Assembly (NCBI GenBank): GCA_945889645.1
Contig: CAMDCA010000005.1
Span: forward strand, 7,728-71,727
DNA from: Rhizobium sp. Q54
Lineage (GTDB): Bacteria; Pseudomonadota; Alphaproteobacteria; UBA2966; CAIVPW01
Reading direction: 5' to 3'
DNA: 64,000 nucleotides
Below the pieces are notes generated by a model that was not told the DNA's origin, made no database searches, and saw nothing but the letters and a program-made list of their open reading frames with translations. Made by a program: the position numbers and the translations under genes. Position 1 is the first letter of the stretch; each line of letters starts with the position of its first letter. Shown in pieces: positions 30,384 through 40,396 of the stretch.

Positions 30384-31414
30384 CGGGCTCGGGTCCGCAC
30401 GCGCTGCACCAGTTGGGCGACATGATCCGGCGGGGTGTCCTGCCGAATGCCATGGCCAAGGTTGAACACATGGGGTGCGCCCCGCATGGTTCCCAGGATG
30501 CGATCGACTTCTTCGTCCAAGGGCGGGCCGCCTTCGGCCAGCAGAATTGGATCCAGGTTGCCCTGCAGCGCCGTCTGCGCCGGTACTTGGCGGCGCACCC
30601 AGGCCAGCGGCGTGCCCTGGTCGATGCCGATCGCGCTGACGCCCGTCTCGGTGGCGAACCGGCGCAGCTGTGCGCCGCCGCCGCGCGGAAAGCCGATGAT
30701 CGGCAAGCCAGGCACCGCGGCACGAACCCGTCGCACGATTTCGGCCACCGGTTCGATGCACAAACGGTGGAACAACCCCTCGGGTGCTGCTCCGGCCCAG
30801 CTATCGAATAGCTGAACGACTTCGGCCCCGGCGCGTGCCTGCGCGATCAAGTGACGCGCGGTCACGTCTACGAGCAGGCCCATCAGTTCGCCAAAGGTCT
30901 GCGGGTCACGCCACGCCCAGCGAATCAGGTTGGCATGATCCGTCCCGCCCTTGCCTTCGACCATATAGGCCGCAACGGTCCACGGTGCCCCGGCAAATCC
31001 GATCAAGGTGCAGGTCTTGGGCAACGCTGCGGCTAGCCCTCGCACCGCGTCGTAGACCGGCGCCAAACGATCTTCCAAGCCCTCTGGACGCAGCGCTGCA
31101 ATGTCTTCGCGCGAGCGGACCGTACTCAGCACAGGGCCTTCGCCCTCGCGATACTCGAGCTGCATGCCCAAGGCATGCGGAATGACCAGGATGTCGGAAA
31201 ACAGGATCGCTGCATCGAAGCCAAACCGGCGGATCGGTTGCAACGACACTTCTACTGCAAGGTCCGGCGCATAGCACAGGTCTAGGAAACTACCTGCCTG
31301 CGTGCGTACCGCTTTGTACTCGGCCAGATAGCGGCCTGCCTGACGCATCAACCAGATCGGTGGCGTTGCCAGCGCCTCGCCTGCCAGTACGCCTAGCAGG
31401 GCCTTGCGTGTCAT
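30380..31414 (-). CDS. hemE: Uroporphyrinogen decarboxylase
   Basis: Start MTRKALLGVLAGE; PIWLMRQAGRYL signature. Confidence 0.9.
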   Translation of the reverse strand: MTRKALLGVLAGEALATPPIWLMRQAGRYLAEYKAVRTQAGSFLDLCYAPDLAVEVSLQPIRRFGFDAAILFSDILVIPHALGMQLEYREGEGPVLSTVRSREDIAALRPEGLEDRLAPVYDAVRGLAAALPKTCTLIGFAGAPWTVAAYMVEGKGGTDHANLIRWAWRDPQTFGELMGLLVDVTARHLIAQARAGAEVVQLFDSWAGAAPEGLFHRLCIEPVAEIVRRVRAAVPGLPIIGFPRGGGAQLRRFATETGVSAIGIDQGTPLAWVRRQVPAQTALQGNLDPILLAEGGPPLDEEVDRILGTMRGAPHVFNLGHGIRQDTPPDHVAQLVQRVRTRAR

Positions 31415-31737
31415 CGGGCGAGTCTCGGAATGTCCGGCACCCTCTAAGATCATAGATGGGTAAGGAATGATGGTAGTGGTGATTGGAACATAGATATGCG
31501 GGAGTTCTTGTGCTCAGGAAGAGTGTGCACAGACGAGGTCGCGCAGGGACCGGTCCGCCGCCGTCGTTTTGTCACCTTTTGGCAAACTTGTCCCCGTTTC
31601 GCCTTGCACGTGGATGAAACGATCCAGCTGTCCGCAAGCATGGGGATGAGTTGGTGGCAAAGTGCGTCCATGACCACGCATGAGGGCGGAATGGTACTTA
31701 TCCCGTGCTGGCTTGGGACAACTTTGGCCGGGACGCG
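31415..31737. other. oriC: Candidate chromosomal replication origin (oriC) in the hemE/maf intergenic region
   Basis: 323-bp non-coding gap, locally about 50% AT in a 67% GC genome. Flanked by hemE on one side and maf-aroE-coaE-dnaQ-secB on the other, which is the conserved alphaproteobacterial Cori context. Degenerate DnaA-box-like 9-mers are present (GTGGATGAA, TTATCCCGT, TGACCACGC). parAB and the parS sites lie about 13 kb away. Genes on either side are predominantly oriented away from this point. Confidence 0.5.
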
Positions 31738-32322
31738 ATGAACACGTTGATTCTGGCCAGTGGCAGCCCGACGCGAGCGAAGATGCTGACCGCGGCCGGC
31801 GTGACATTCAGCACGATTGTGCCGCAGGTCGATGAGCTGATGTTGCGCGCGCAGGCCAAGGATGGAGCGGCAGCCGCGCGTGCGATCGCCGAACAGAAGG
31901 CGCTGGCCGTTTCGAAAACGCATTTAGATGCCTGGGTCATTGGCGCCGACCAAGTTCTCGAAGTCGGCACAACGCTGCTTGGTAAGCCGGGTACATGGGC
32001 CGAGGCACGATCCCAGCTGACGCTGCTGCGCGGCCGCACGCATCGCCTGGTGACTGCTGTGGCGGTGGCGCATGCGGGCGCGATCACATGGCATCACATG
32101 GAATCCCCCAGCCTGACGGCCCGAACGTTCACCGATGAGGCGCTAGACGACTACGTTGGTCGCGCCGGCGACGCAGTTCTTGGCAGTCCCGGCGCCTATC
32201 ACTTCGAAGGCCTTGGGGCCTCCCTGTTCGACGAGGTCCAAGGAGACTATTTCTCGATCCTCGGACTTCCGCTGCTTCCGTTGCTGGCATATCTCCGCAC
32301 TCAGGCCGTGATCTCCGCATGA
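31738..32322 (+). CDS. maf: Maf-like nucleoside triphosphate pyrophosphatase
   Basis: LILASGSPTR N-terminal motif. Confidence 0.85.
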   Translation: MNTLILASGSPTRAKMLTAAGVTFSTIVPQVDELMLRAQAKDGAAAARAIAEQKALAVSKTHLDAWVIGADQVLEVGTTLLGKPGTWAEARSQLTLLRGRTHRLVTAVAVAHAGAITWHHMESPSLTARTFTDEALDDYVGRAGDAVLGSPGAYHFEGLGASLFDEVQGDYFSILGLPLLPLLAYLRTQAVISA

Positions 32323-33164
32323 CCCTCACTGGTGCTGCTCGCCTGGCTGGCGTGATGGGCTGGCCCGTCGCGCACTCGTTGTCGCCCCGTCTGCATGGGT
32401 TTTGGCTGGCGCAGTACGGCATCGACGGCGCGTATGTTCCGCTTGCCGTGCGGCCGGAGAAGTTCGCCGAGGCACTGCGCGGCTTGGCCAAGCTTGGGTT
32501 CGCCGGCGCCAACGTCACCGTTCCGCACAAAGAAGCCGCGCTCGCCGCCATCGACGACGCGACCGCCGAGGCGCGTGCGCTCGGTGCGGTCAACACCATC
32601 GTCGTCGGTGCCGACGGCCGTTTGTCCGGCAGCAACACCGACGGCGGCGGATTCCTCGCCAACGTGCGCGACTTCTTCCCCGGCTGGTCGCCGGTCGGCA
32701 AGACGGTTGCGGTGCTGGGCGCGGGCGGTGCCGCTAAGGCCATCGCCTGGACCCTGTGCGCCGGCGGCGCCACGGTGCGGATCATCAACCGTACGCCGGG
32801 TCGCGCTGAGGAACTGGCGTACGCACTTGGACCGAAGGCGCAGGCCATTGCGTGGGACAAGTGCGGCGCCGCGATCGAAGACGTCGATTTGCTCGTCAAT
32901 GCCACGACGCTCGGCATGAAGGGCCAGCCGATGCTCGAGATCGATCTAGGACCGTTGGCCGGCGATGCGATTGTCGCCGACGTCGTCTACGCACCGCTGC
33001 AAACCGACCTGCTGCAACGCGCCAAGGCGCGGGGCAATCCGACCCTGGACGGCATCGGCATGCTGCTGCACCAGGCGCGCCCTGGCTTCGCGGCGTGGTT
33101 CGGACGCGAGCCCGAGGTGACGCCGGAGTTGCGGAAGTTCGTGCTGGCAGGCCTGCAACGGTGA
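32319..33164 (+). CDS. aroE: Shikimate dehydrogenase
   Basis: GNPVAHSLSP-like motif (GWPVAHSLSPRLH) and NAD(P) site GAGGAAKA. Confidence 0.85.
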   Translation: MTLTGAARLAGVMGWPVAHSLSPRLHGFWLAQYGIDGAYVPLAVRPEKFAEALRGLAKLGFAGANVTVPHKEAALAAIDDATAEARALGAVNTIVVGADGRLSGSNTDGGGFLANVRDFFPGWSPVGKTVAVLGAGGAAKAIAWTLCAGGATVRIINRTPGRAEELAYALGPKAQAIAWDKCGAAIEDVDLLVNATTLGMKGQPMLEIDLGPLAGDAIVADVVYAPLQTDLLQRAKARGNPTLDGIGMLLHQARPGFAAWFGREPEVTPELRKFVLAGLQR

Positions 33165-33751
33165 AGGTGCTCGGCATCACCGGGTCGGTGGGCATGGGTA
33201 AAACGACCGCCGCCAAAGCTTTCGCCCGCGCCGGCTATCCGGTGTTCGACGCCGATGCGGCCGTCCACGATCTGCTGGCCAACGACAAACAGACCATCGC
33301 CGCGGTGCGCCGCACATTTCCCGGCGCGATCGAGCGTGGCGCCATCGATCGCAAGGCGCTCGGTGCGCTTGTCTTCGCCAGCCCGGCGGCACTGGCTCGC
33401 CTCGAGAAAGTCCTGCACGCACGCGTGCGGGCCCGCCAGCGCCAGTTCGTCCGCGACGCTCGGCGCGGCGGTGCAACTCTTGCGGTGGTCGACGTGCCGT
33501 TGTTGTTCGAGACCGGCGGTGACAAGGAAGTCGACGCGGTGCTTGTCGTCAGCGCACCCGCGGCCGTGCAGCGCGCGCGTGTGCTGGCGCGGCGCGGCAT
33601 GACTCCGGCGCGCTTCAAGGCGATGCGTGCGCGGCAGTGGAGCGATCGCGACAAGCGGCGGCACGCCACCTATGTTGTGGATACCGGCGCGGGACGCGCC
33701 ATGATGGTGCGGCAGATCCGCGCCATCCTCGCTATTCTCGATCCGCAGTAG
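33161..33751 (+). CDS. coaE: Dephospho-CoA kinase
   Basis: GTG start overlapping the aroE stop. P-loop GITGSVGMGKTT. Confidence 0.85.
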   Translation: MKVLGITGSVGMGKTTAAKAFARAGYPVFDADAAVHDLLANDKQTIAAVRRTFPGAIERGAIDRKALGALVFASPAALARLEKVLHARVRARQRQFVRDARRGGATLAVVDVPLLFETGGDKEVDAVLVVSAPAAVQRARVLARRGMTPARFKAMRARQWSDRDKRRHATYVVDTGAGRAMMVRQIRAILAILDPQ

Positions 33752-33765
33752 GCAGACGGAAAATC

Positions 33766-34428
33766 GTGCGCGAAGTCGTATTCGATACCGAGACCACCGG
33801 ACTCGATCCGGGCAGCGGTCACCGCGTGGTCGAAGTCGGCTGCGTCGAGCTGGTCAACACCATCCCGACCGGCCGCGAGTTCCACAAGTACATCAACCCG
33901 CAGCGCTACATGCCGTCCGAGGCCCAGGCCGTCCACGGCCTGTCGGAGGAGTTCCTCAAGAAGCACCCGGTGTTCGCCGAGATCGCCGAGGATCTGGTGA
34001 CGTTCCTCGACGGCGCGCGCCTCATCGCGCACAACGCTGATTTCGATATCGGCTTCCTCAATGCCGAGTTCGCGCGGCTCGACCGCCAGCCGATCGTCGC
34101 TGAGGTCATCGACACCGTGCGTCTGGCCCGCCGTCGGTTCCCCGGCGCACCGGCCAGCCTCGACGCGCTGCTCGATCGCTTCGGCATCGACAAGTCGGCG
34201 CGCACCAAGCACGGCGCGTTGCTCGACGCCCAACTGCTGGCCGAGGTGTACTTAGAGCTGATCGGCGGCCGTCAGCCCGAGATGGTGCTGGCCGTGGTCG
34301 CCACCGGGTCGGTCACGATCATCCGGCGCGAGCCGCGGCCGCCGCGGCCGCATGCGGCCAGCGCGCCGGAGCTGGCCGCCCACCAAATTTTCATCGCCTC
34401 GTTGAAGGAAGCGATCTGGCTGACGTGA
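33766..34428 (+). CDS. dnaQ: DNA polymerase III epsilon subunit (3'-5' exonuclease)
   Basis: Exo I motif VVFDTETTGL, with Exo II and III present. GTG start. Confidence 0.85.
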   Translation: MREVVFDTETTGLDPGSGHRVVEVGCVELVNTIPTGREFHKYINPQRYMPSEAQAVHGLSEEFLKKHPVFAEIAEDLVTFLDGARLIAHNADFDIGFLNAEFARLDRQPIVAEVIDTVRLARRRFPGAPASLDALLDRFGIDKSARTKHGALLDAQLLAEVYLELIGGRQPEMVLAVVATGSVTIIRREPRPPRPHAASAPELAAHQIFIASLKEAIWLT

Positions 34429-34437
34429 GCTAGGCGG

Positions 34438-34977
34438 TTAGCGTCCGCGCTTCGGCGGCGCGGCGCGGCCTGCGGGTGCGGCACCAGCCGGTGAAGCCTG
34501 ACTCGCCGGAGCCGGAGGTTGGGCGCCGACGCCGCGGTGCTGGCGCAACAGCCGGCCAAAATCGATCGGATCGAGCAGCAGTGGCGGGAAGCCACCGTCG
34601 CGCGTGGTGTCGGCAATGATGCGGCGCGCGAACGGGAACAACAGGCGCGGGCACTCGATCAGGCAGACGTTTTCCAGCCGGTCGCGCGGGATGTTCTCCA
34701 GCGCAAACAGTGCGGCATAGACCAGCTCGATGACGAAGACGTTGGCCTCGTTCTTCGCCGCCGTCGCATTCACATGCAGCGCAACCTCGTAGTGGTTGCC
34801 GCCCATGGGCCGCGCCTCGACGTCCACGTTGACCTGAATCTGCGGCGGTCCAGCGCTATCGGAGAGCGCGCGCGGCGCGCCCGGGTTTTCGAACGACAGG
34901 TCCTTGATGTACTGGACCCGCACCGTAACCCGTGGGTCCGTGCCCCCGGCCTCCGGCTTGGCTTCCGTTTCCGCCAT
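34438..34977 (-). CDS. secB: Protein-export chaperone SecB
   Basis: Start MAETEAK; the core region matches SecB. Confidence 0.85.
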   Translation of the reverse strand: MAETEAKPEAGGTDPRVTVRVQYIKDLSFENPGAPRALSDSAGPPQIQVNVDVEARPMGGNHYEVALHVNATAAKNEANVFVIELVYAALFALENIPRDRLENVCLIECPRLLFPFARRIIADTTRDGGFPPLLLDPIDFGRLLRQHRGVGAQPPAPASQASPAGAAPAGRAAPPKRGR

Positions 34978-35205
34978 GATCGAATCGCCCCCTGAAACGC
35001 TTGGCCGCCGAATTGTGCGAGCGTTCGCAATGACCTGCCGCACCATCGGGCGCGGCTTTCGGGCTGTCAAGCGCGCGACCGGTTCGGAAACGGCGGGCTA
35101 CGGCCCTGGATCGCTGGACCCGGGGGGGTCCCGCCGCTAGTCTGTTAAAAAAGGCCTGCTGGGTCCGCGCGCCGCCTTGGCCGCGACCGTCCGTGGAACA
35201 TAGCC

Positions 35206-35874
35206 GTGCAGTTTCTCGACATCATTCTTCTGGCCCTGCTTGCGGCCTTCGTTCTCTATCGCCTGGGCCGCGTGCTGGGGCGCCGGCCGGACGATTCGGG
35301 CACGCCGGTGTTCCGCCCGCCCGCGCCCGACGACAACGTCGTGTCGCTGCCGGGCCGCCTGCTGCAAGGCAAGCCGCCGCGCCGTCCAGCCGCACGCAAG
35401 ACCGATGCCTCGGATGACGACGCATTGGTGGCTGCAGGTATCGCCGAGATTCGCATGCAGGACGCGTCGTTCGATGCGCAGGATTTCGCCGCTGGCGCCA
35501 AGGCTGCCTACGAGGACATCGTCACGGCATTCGCCCGCGGCGATCGCGACACACTGCGCCGCCTGTTGACCCGCGACGTGCTGGAAAACTTCTCACGCGC
35601 CATCGCCGAGCGCGAGCAGCGCGGCGAGACATTGGAGACCACGATCGTCGGTGTGCGTTCGGCCGACGTCACGGATGCGCGCATGTCGGGCCGCACCGCC
35701 GAAGTGACGGTGAAGTTCGTTAGCGACATTATCAATGTGGTGAAGAAGGTCCCGGCCACCGAGGAACTCGGGGCGCCGCCGGTCAAGGAAGTGATCGACG
35801 TCTGGACCTTCGTCCGCGACGCGCGCTCGAGCGACCCTAACTGGGCGCTCGCCGAGACCCATAGCCCTACCTAG
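35206..35874 (+). CDS. Tim44-like domain protein
   Basis: N-terminal TM helix (ILLALLAAFVLYRL) plus a C-terminal Tim44/NTF2-like domain. Conserved neighbour of secB in alphaproteobacteria. Confidence 0.75.
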   Translation: MQFLDIILLALLAAFVLYRLGRVLGRRPDDSGTPVFRPPAPDDNVVSLPGRLLQGKPPRRPAARKTDASDDDALVAAGIAEIRMQDASFDAQDFAAGAKAAYEDIVTAFARGDRDTLRRLLTRDVLENFSRAIAEREQRGETLETTIVGVRSADVTDARMSGRTAEVTVKFVSDIINVVKKVPATEELGAPPVKEVIDVWTFVRDARSSDPNWALAETHSPT

Positions 35875-35889
35875 CCACTGCCCCCGATC

Positions 35890-36417
35890 GTGCGCCGCCG
35901 GCGCCTGCTGACGCCGGAGGAGCTTCGCTTGTGGCGTCGGGCCATGGGCAAAGAGCCGCCCGATCCTCCGGCGCCGGTCCGTCTCGCGGCGCGCGCCCCG
36001 GGACCGGCCAAGTGGTCCGCGTCGCGCACGCCGAAACCGACTCTTCCCGGCGACATCGATCCTCATGACGCCAAGGCCATCCGCCGCGGCCGCATCGCGG
36101 TTGAGGCACGCGTCGACCTGCACGGCATGACCCAGACCAACGCGCACGCGGCACTGGTGCGCTTCCTGCGCCGCAGCGCGGCGGCCGGACTGCGCTGTGT
36201 GCTGGTGATCACTGGCAAAGGCAATGCCGGGCGGCGTGACGAGGACGAGAGCCCGTTCGCCGGTTTCGGCGCCGGCGTGCTGCGCTTGTCGCTGCCGCGC
36301 TGGCTCGAAGCGCCCGAGCTGGCGCCGCTGGTGATTGCGTCCGCGCCAGCCGCGCCGCGCCATGGCGGTACCGGCGCGCGCTACGTGCTGCTGCGTCGTC
36401 CGCGCAAAAGTAATTAG
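35890..36417 (+). CDS. Smr domain protein (MutS2-like small endonuclease)
   Basis: Smr motif DLHGMTQTNAHAALVRFL...VLVITGKG. Confidence 0.7.
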   Translation: MRRRRLLTPEELRLWRRAMGKEPPDPPAPVRLAARAPGPAKWSASRTPKPTLPGDIDPHDAKAIRRGRIAVEARVDLHGMTQTNAHAALVRFLRRSAAAGLRCVLVITGKGNAGRRDEDESPFAGFGAGVLRLSLPRWLEAPELAPLVIASAPAAPRHGGTGARYVLLRRPRKSN

Positions 36418-36601
36418 AAGGGGGCGCGCAGCGTTCTTCCGTCACGTCCTAACAGGCTGTTGAAAAAGTCAGCGGCGGAATGTTTGCGCGCAACAATAGA
36501 ATCAGGACGGCCCCAGTCTTGAATCGATCTTGCGTGAATGGTGCATCTCGCGAATCAAAGTTGCGCACGACCATGGTCCAAAAACCTAGTTCAACAGCCT
36601 G

Positions 36602-37924
36602 CTAAAGGACGAACCGGCTGAGATCGGCGTTTTTCGCCAGTGCGCCGACCTGGGCGCGCACGTACGCCGCGTCGATGGTTGCGGTCTCGCCCGCACGGTC
36701 GCTGGCCGTGAAGCTGATCTCGTCCAGCAGCCGCTCCAGCACCGTGTGCAGCCGCCGCGCGCCGATGTTCTCGACGCCCGCGTTCACCTCGGCGGCCAAA
36801 GTAGCGATCTCGTCGATGGCGTCGTCGGTGAACTTCAGCGTCACCTGCTCGGTCGCCAGCAGCGCGATGTACTGCCGGATCAGACTGTTCTCCGGCTCGG
36901 TCAGGATGCGGCGGAAATCCTCGCGCGTCAGCGCCTGCAGCTCGACGCGGATCGGCAAGCGGCCCTGCAACTCCGGCAATAGGTCGCTCGGCTTCGACAA
37001 GTGGAACGCGCCCGAGGCGATGAACAAGATGTGGTCGGTCTTCACCGGCCCGTACTTGGTCGCCACCGTCGTGCCTTCGATCAGCGGCAGCAGGTCGCGC
37101 TGCACGCCTTCGCGCGACACACCTGCGCCGGAATATCCATGCTCGGAATCGCGCCCGACGATCTTGTCGATCTCGTCGATGAACACGATGCCGTTCTCCT
37201 GCACCGCGTCGATGGCGGCGCGGGTCGTCTTCTCCTGATCGACCAGCTTGTCGCCTTCCTCGGTCACCACCGCGCGCCACGCTTCGTCCACCGTGGTGCG
37301 GTGCTTGCGCGTGCGCTTGCCGAACGCTTTGCCCAGGATGTCGTTCAGGTTGATCATGCCGACCTGGCCGCCCGGCATGCCGGGAATGTCCATCGTCGGC
37401 ATGCCTGCGCCGCCACCGGTGTCGGTCATGTCGATCTCGATCGGCTTGTCGGCCAGCTCGCCCTCGCGCAGGCGCTTGCGGAACGTCTGTCGCGTGCCCT
37501 CGGCCGCGTGTTGTCCGATCAGCGCGTCGAGGATGCGATCTTCGGCGGCTGCTTCGGCGCGCGCCGAGACCGCCGCGCGGCCCCTGTCGCGCTCCATGCC
37601 GATTGCCGTTTCGACCAGGTCGCGGATGATCTGCTCGACGTCGCGGCCGACGTAGCCGATCTCGGTGAACTTGGTCGCCTCGACCTTGATGAACGGTGCG
37701 TTGGCCAATCGCGCGAGACGGCGCGAGATCTCCGTCTTGCCGACGCCGGTCGGGCCGATCATCAGGATGTTTTTGGGGAGCACCTCGTCGCGCAGGTCAG
37801 CCGGCACGCGCTGGCGGCGCCAGCGGTTGCGCAGGGCAATCGCCACCGCGCGCTTGGCATCGCGCTGGCCGACGATGTAACGATCAAGCTCGGAGACGAT
37901 TTCGCGCGGAGAAAAGTCCGCCAT
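36602..37924 (-). CDS. hslU: ATP-dependent protease ATPase subunit HslU
   Basis: Walker [11 protein letters not shown]; full-length ClpY. Confidence 0.95.
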   Translation of the reverse strand: MADFSPREIVSELDRYIVGQRDAKRAVAIALRNRWRRQRVPADLRDEVLPKNILMIGPTGVGKTEISRRLARLANAPFIKVEATKFTEIGYVGRDVEQIIRDLVETAIGMERDRGRAAVSARAEAAAEDRILDALIGQHAAEGTRQTFRKRLREGELADKPIEIDMTDTGGGAGMPTMDIPGMPGGQVGMINLNDILGKAFGKRTRKHRTTVDEAWRAVVTEEGDKLVDQEKTTRAAIDAVQENGIVFIDEIDKIVGRDSEHGYSGAGVSREGVQRDLLPLIEGTTVATKYGPVKTDHILFIASGAFHLSKPSDLLPELQGRLPIRVELQALTREDFRRILTEPENSLIRQYIALLATEQVTLKFTDDAIDEIATLAAEVNAGVENIGARRLHTVLERLLDEISFTASDRAGETATIDAAYVRAQVGALAKNADLSRFVL

Positions 37925-37927
37925 TGC

Positions 37928-38476
37928 CTACAGCGATTCCACGGTGACGTTGTTGTTGGTGTAGATGCAGATGTCGGCGGCGATCTTCAGGGCGCGGCGC
38001 GCGATCGCTTCTGCGTCCATGTCGGGCCGGTCGATCAGCGCACGCGCGGCGGCCAGCGCATAGTTGCCGCCGGAGCCAATGCCGATCAGCTGGTCATCCG
38101 GCTCCAGCACGTCGCCGGTGCCCGACAGCACCAGGCTGACGGTCTTGTCAGCCACCGCCATGATGGCTTCCAGGCGCCGCAGGTAGCGGTCGGTGCGCCA
38201 ATCCTTGGCCAGTTCGACGCACGCCCGGGTCAGTTGCCCCGGATGCTTCTCCAGGCGCGCCTCCAGGCGCTCGAACAGCGTGAAGGCGTCAGCGGTGGCG
38301 CCGGCGAACCCGGCGATCACCGAGCCGTCTTTCAGACGCCGCACCTTGGTAGCGGTCGCCTTGACGATGGTGTCCTTCATGGTGACCTGGCCGTCACCGG
38401 CGATCACCACCTTACCGCCCTTGCGGACGGAAAGGATCGTCGTGCCCTGCCACAGGTTGCTGGTGGGATCGGCCAT
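37928..38476 (-). CDS. hslV: ATP-dependent protease subunit HslV
   Basis: N-terminal [10 protein letters not shown] (Thr nucleophile after processing); ClpQ family. Confidence 0.9.
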   Translation of the reverse strand: MADPTSNLWQGTTILSVRKGGKVVIAGDGQVTMKDTIVKATATKVRRLKDGSVIAGFAGATADAFTLFERLEARLEKHPGQLTRACVELAKDWRTDRYLRRLEAIMAVADKTVSLVLSGTGDVLEPDDQLIGIGSGGNYALAAARALIDRPDMDAEAIARRALKIAADICIYTNNNVTVESL

Positions 38477-38525
38477 GCCGCCTCGGTTGGAGAAGTCCGG
38501 CGCAGCGCCGGAGGGTGGGTCCAAC

Positions 38526-38553
38526 ATGTGGGGAGGCATCCGCACCCGTCAAG
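38526..38553 (-). promoter_or_regulatory. Sigma32 (RpoH)-type heat-shock promoter of hslVU
   Basis: Reverse strand reads CTTGACG-N13-CCCCACAT, against the consensus CTTGAAA-N13-15-CCCCATNT. Lies about 45 nt upstream of the hslV ATG. Confidence 0.5.
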
Positions 38554-38701
38554 GCGACGGGGTTCCCGCGCGGGAAGCCGGGGTGGCGCCCTTCCGGCCT
38601 TCCTGCTATAGGGGCCGGAATCACCGGCCCCAGGGGCTGCCCGCGCCTGCGGCAACCCCTTAGCCCGCCTGGAACTTCCGGCCCTCCAAAGGTCCCCGCC
38701 C

Positions 38702-39334
38702 ATGCGCAAGGCCAGCGTCGAACGCAACACCAACGAGACCCGCATCAAGGTCGAGGTCAATCTCGACGGGTCCGGGGTCTACAAGGTCGCCACCGGCATC
38801 GGCTTCCTCGACCACATGCTGGAGCAGTTGTCGCGCCACTCGCTCATCGACATCACGCTGGAAGCCAAGGGCGACCTGCACATCGACGCCCACCACACCA
38901 CCGAGGACAGCGGCATCGCCATCGGCCAGGCAGTGTACCAGGCGCTCGGCGATCGCCGCGGCATCCGCCGCTTCGCCTCCATCCACATGCCGATGGACGA
39001 GACGCTGACGCGCGTCTCGCTCGACGCAAGCGATCGTCCGTACCTGATCTGGAACGTCAAAGTTCCGACCCAGCGCCTCGGCGACCTCGACACCCAGCTG
39101 TTCAAGGAATTCTTCCAGGCGTTCGCGCAACACGCCGGCCTGACGCTGCACATCGAGAATCTGTACGGCGAGAACAGCCACCACATTGTCGAGTCGTGCT
39201 TCAAGGGCACGGCGCGCGCGTTGCGCGAAGCGTTCGAGATCGACGCGCGCAAGGCCGACGCTATTCCCAGCACCAAGGGTGTGCTTGCCGGCGCGTCCGC
39301 GCTCGCAGCGCGCGGCACCAAGGACGTCAAGTGA
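38702..39334 (+). CDS. hisB: Imidazoleglycerol-phosphate dehydratase
   Basis: TNETRI ... GFLDHML ... HHTTED motifs. Confidence 0.9.
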   Translation: MRKASVERNTNETRIKVEVNLDGSGVYKVATGIGFLDHMLEQLSRHSLIDITLEAKGDLHIDAHHTTEDSGIAIGQAVYQALGDRRGIRRFASIHMPMDETLTRVSLDASDRPYLIWNVKVPTQRLGDLDTQLFKEFFQAFAQHAGLTLHIENLYGENSHHIVESCFKGTARALREAFEIDARKADAIPSTKGVLAGASALAARGTKDVK

Positions 39335-39735
39335 CGCGCCTCTACGCCGTCTTCGAGCGCCGCACCACCAAGAAGCGCCCGTCGCGCAATCCCGACGACG
39401 CGTTCGAGCTGGTCAAGGAAGGCTTCTGCTGGCCGGCCCTGTTCTTCGGGCCCTTGTGGGCACTCGCCTCGCGCATGTGGGTGGTGTTCGCGCTGCTCGC
39501 CGCCGCCGTCATCGGCCTCGCCTTCTTGCCTGACTTTGTTGACGGCAGCGAAGATTTGGCGACAACGCTCTCTTGCCTACTGGCGCTGGTGCTCGGCTTC
39601 CTCGGTAACGACCTGCGGCAATGGTCACTAGCGCGCGGCGGCTATGAATTCACCGCCGTGGTCAGCGGCAGCGACCGCATCGACGCCGAGCGGCGCTTCT
39701 TTGCGGCGATGAACAACCCGATGTTCCGCTCCTAA
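39331..39735 (+). CDS. DUF2628 small membrane protein embedded in the his operon
   Basis: GTG overlaps the hisB stop. Conserved [15 protein letters not shown] motif and two TM helices. Confidence 0.6.
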   Translation: MTRLYAVFERRTTKKRPSRNPDDAFELVKEGFCWPALFFGPLWALASRMWVVFALLAAAVIGLAFLPDFVDGSEDLATTLSCLLALVLGFLGNDLRQWSLARGGYEFTAVVSGSDRIDAERRFFAAMNNPMFRS

Positions 39736-39745
39736 GGCGCACTGC

Positions 39746-40396
39746 GTGGCGAAGAGTCTCGGACTGGCAATCGTCGACTACGGCTCCGGCAACCTGCGCT
39801 CCGCCAGCAAGGCGTTCGAGCGCGTGGCGCGCGAGCGTGGCTTCAGCGGCGAAATCCGCGTCACCGCCGATGCAGACCAGGTCGCCCACGCCGAGCGTGT
39901 CGTGCTACCCGGCGTCGGCGCGTTCGGCGACTGCCGCCGCGGCCTCGACGCGGTGCCCGGCATGGTCGCGGCACTCGACGAGGTAGTGCACCGCCGCGGC
40001 GTCCCGTTTCTCGGCATCTGTGTCGGCATGCAGTTGTTGGCCGAGCGCGGCTTCGAGCACGGCGAGCACGCCGGCCTCGGCTGGATCCCGGGCGACGTTG
40101 ACGCCATCGAAGGTGACGGCCTCAAGGTTCCGCACATGGGCTGGAACGACCTGACGCTGGTCGCCACGCGCCATCCGGTGCTAGCCGGCATCCCGTCGGG
40201 CTCGCACGCCTACTTCGTGCACAGCTTTGCCGTGCAGGCGCGCGACAGCGGCGATGTGCTGGCGACAGTGAATTACGGAACCGATCTTGCCGCGGTGGTC
40301 GGCCGCGACAATATCGTCGGCACGCAGTTCCACCCCGAAAAGAGCCAGGCCGTCGGCCTCGGCCTGATCGGCAATTTCCTGGAGTGGCGACCGTGA
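39746..40396 (+). CDS. hisH: Imidazole glycerol phosphate synthase, glutamine amidotransferase subunit
   Basis: Catalytic GICVGMQ and HSF motifs. Confidence 0.9.
   Translation: MAKSLGLAIVDYGSGNLRSASKAFERVARERGFSGEIRVTADADQVAHAERVVLPGVGAFGDCRRGLDAVPGMVAALDEVVHRRGVPFLGICVGMQLLAERGFEHGEHAGLGWIPGDVDAIEGDGLKVPHMGWNDLTLVATRHPVLAGIPSGSHAYFVHSFAVQARDSGDVLATVNYGTDLAAVVGRDNIVGTQFHPEKSQAVGLGLIGNFLEWRP

Noticed and set aside
31415-31737. CtrA binding sites (TTAA-N7-TTAA) and CcrM GANTC clusters in the putative origin
   Set aside because: No TTAA-N7-TTAA present and only one GANTC. Origin control may not be Caulobacter-like, so the origin call rests on synteny and AT-richness rather than on these motifs.
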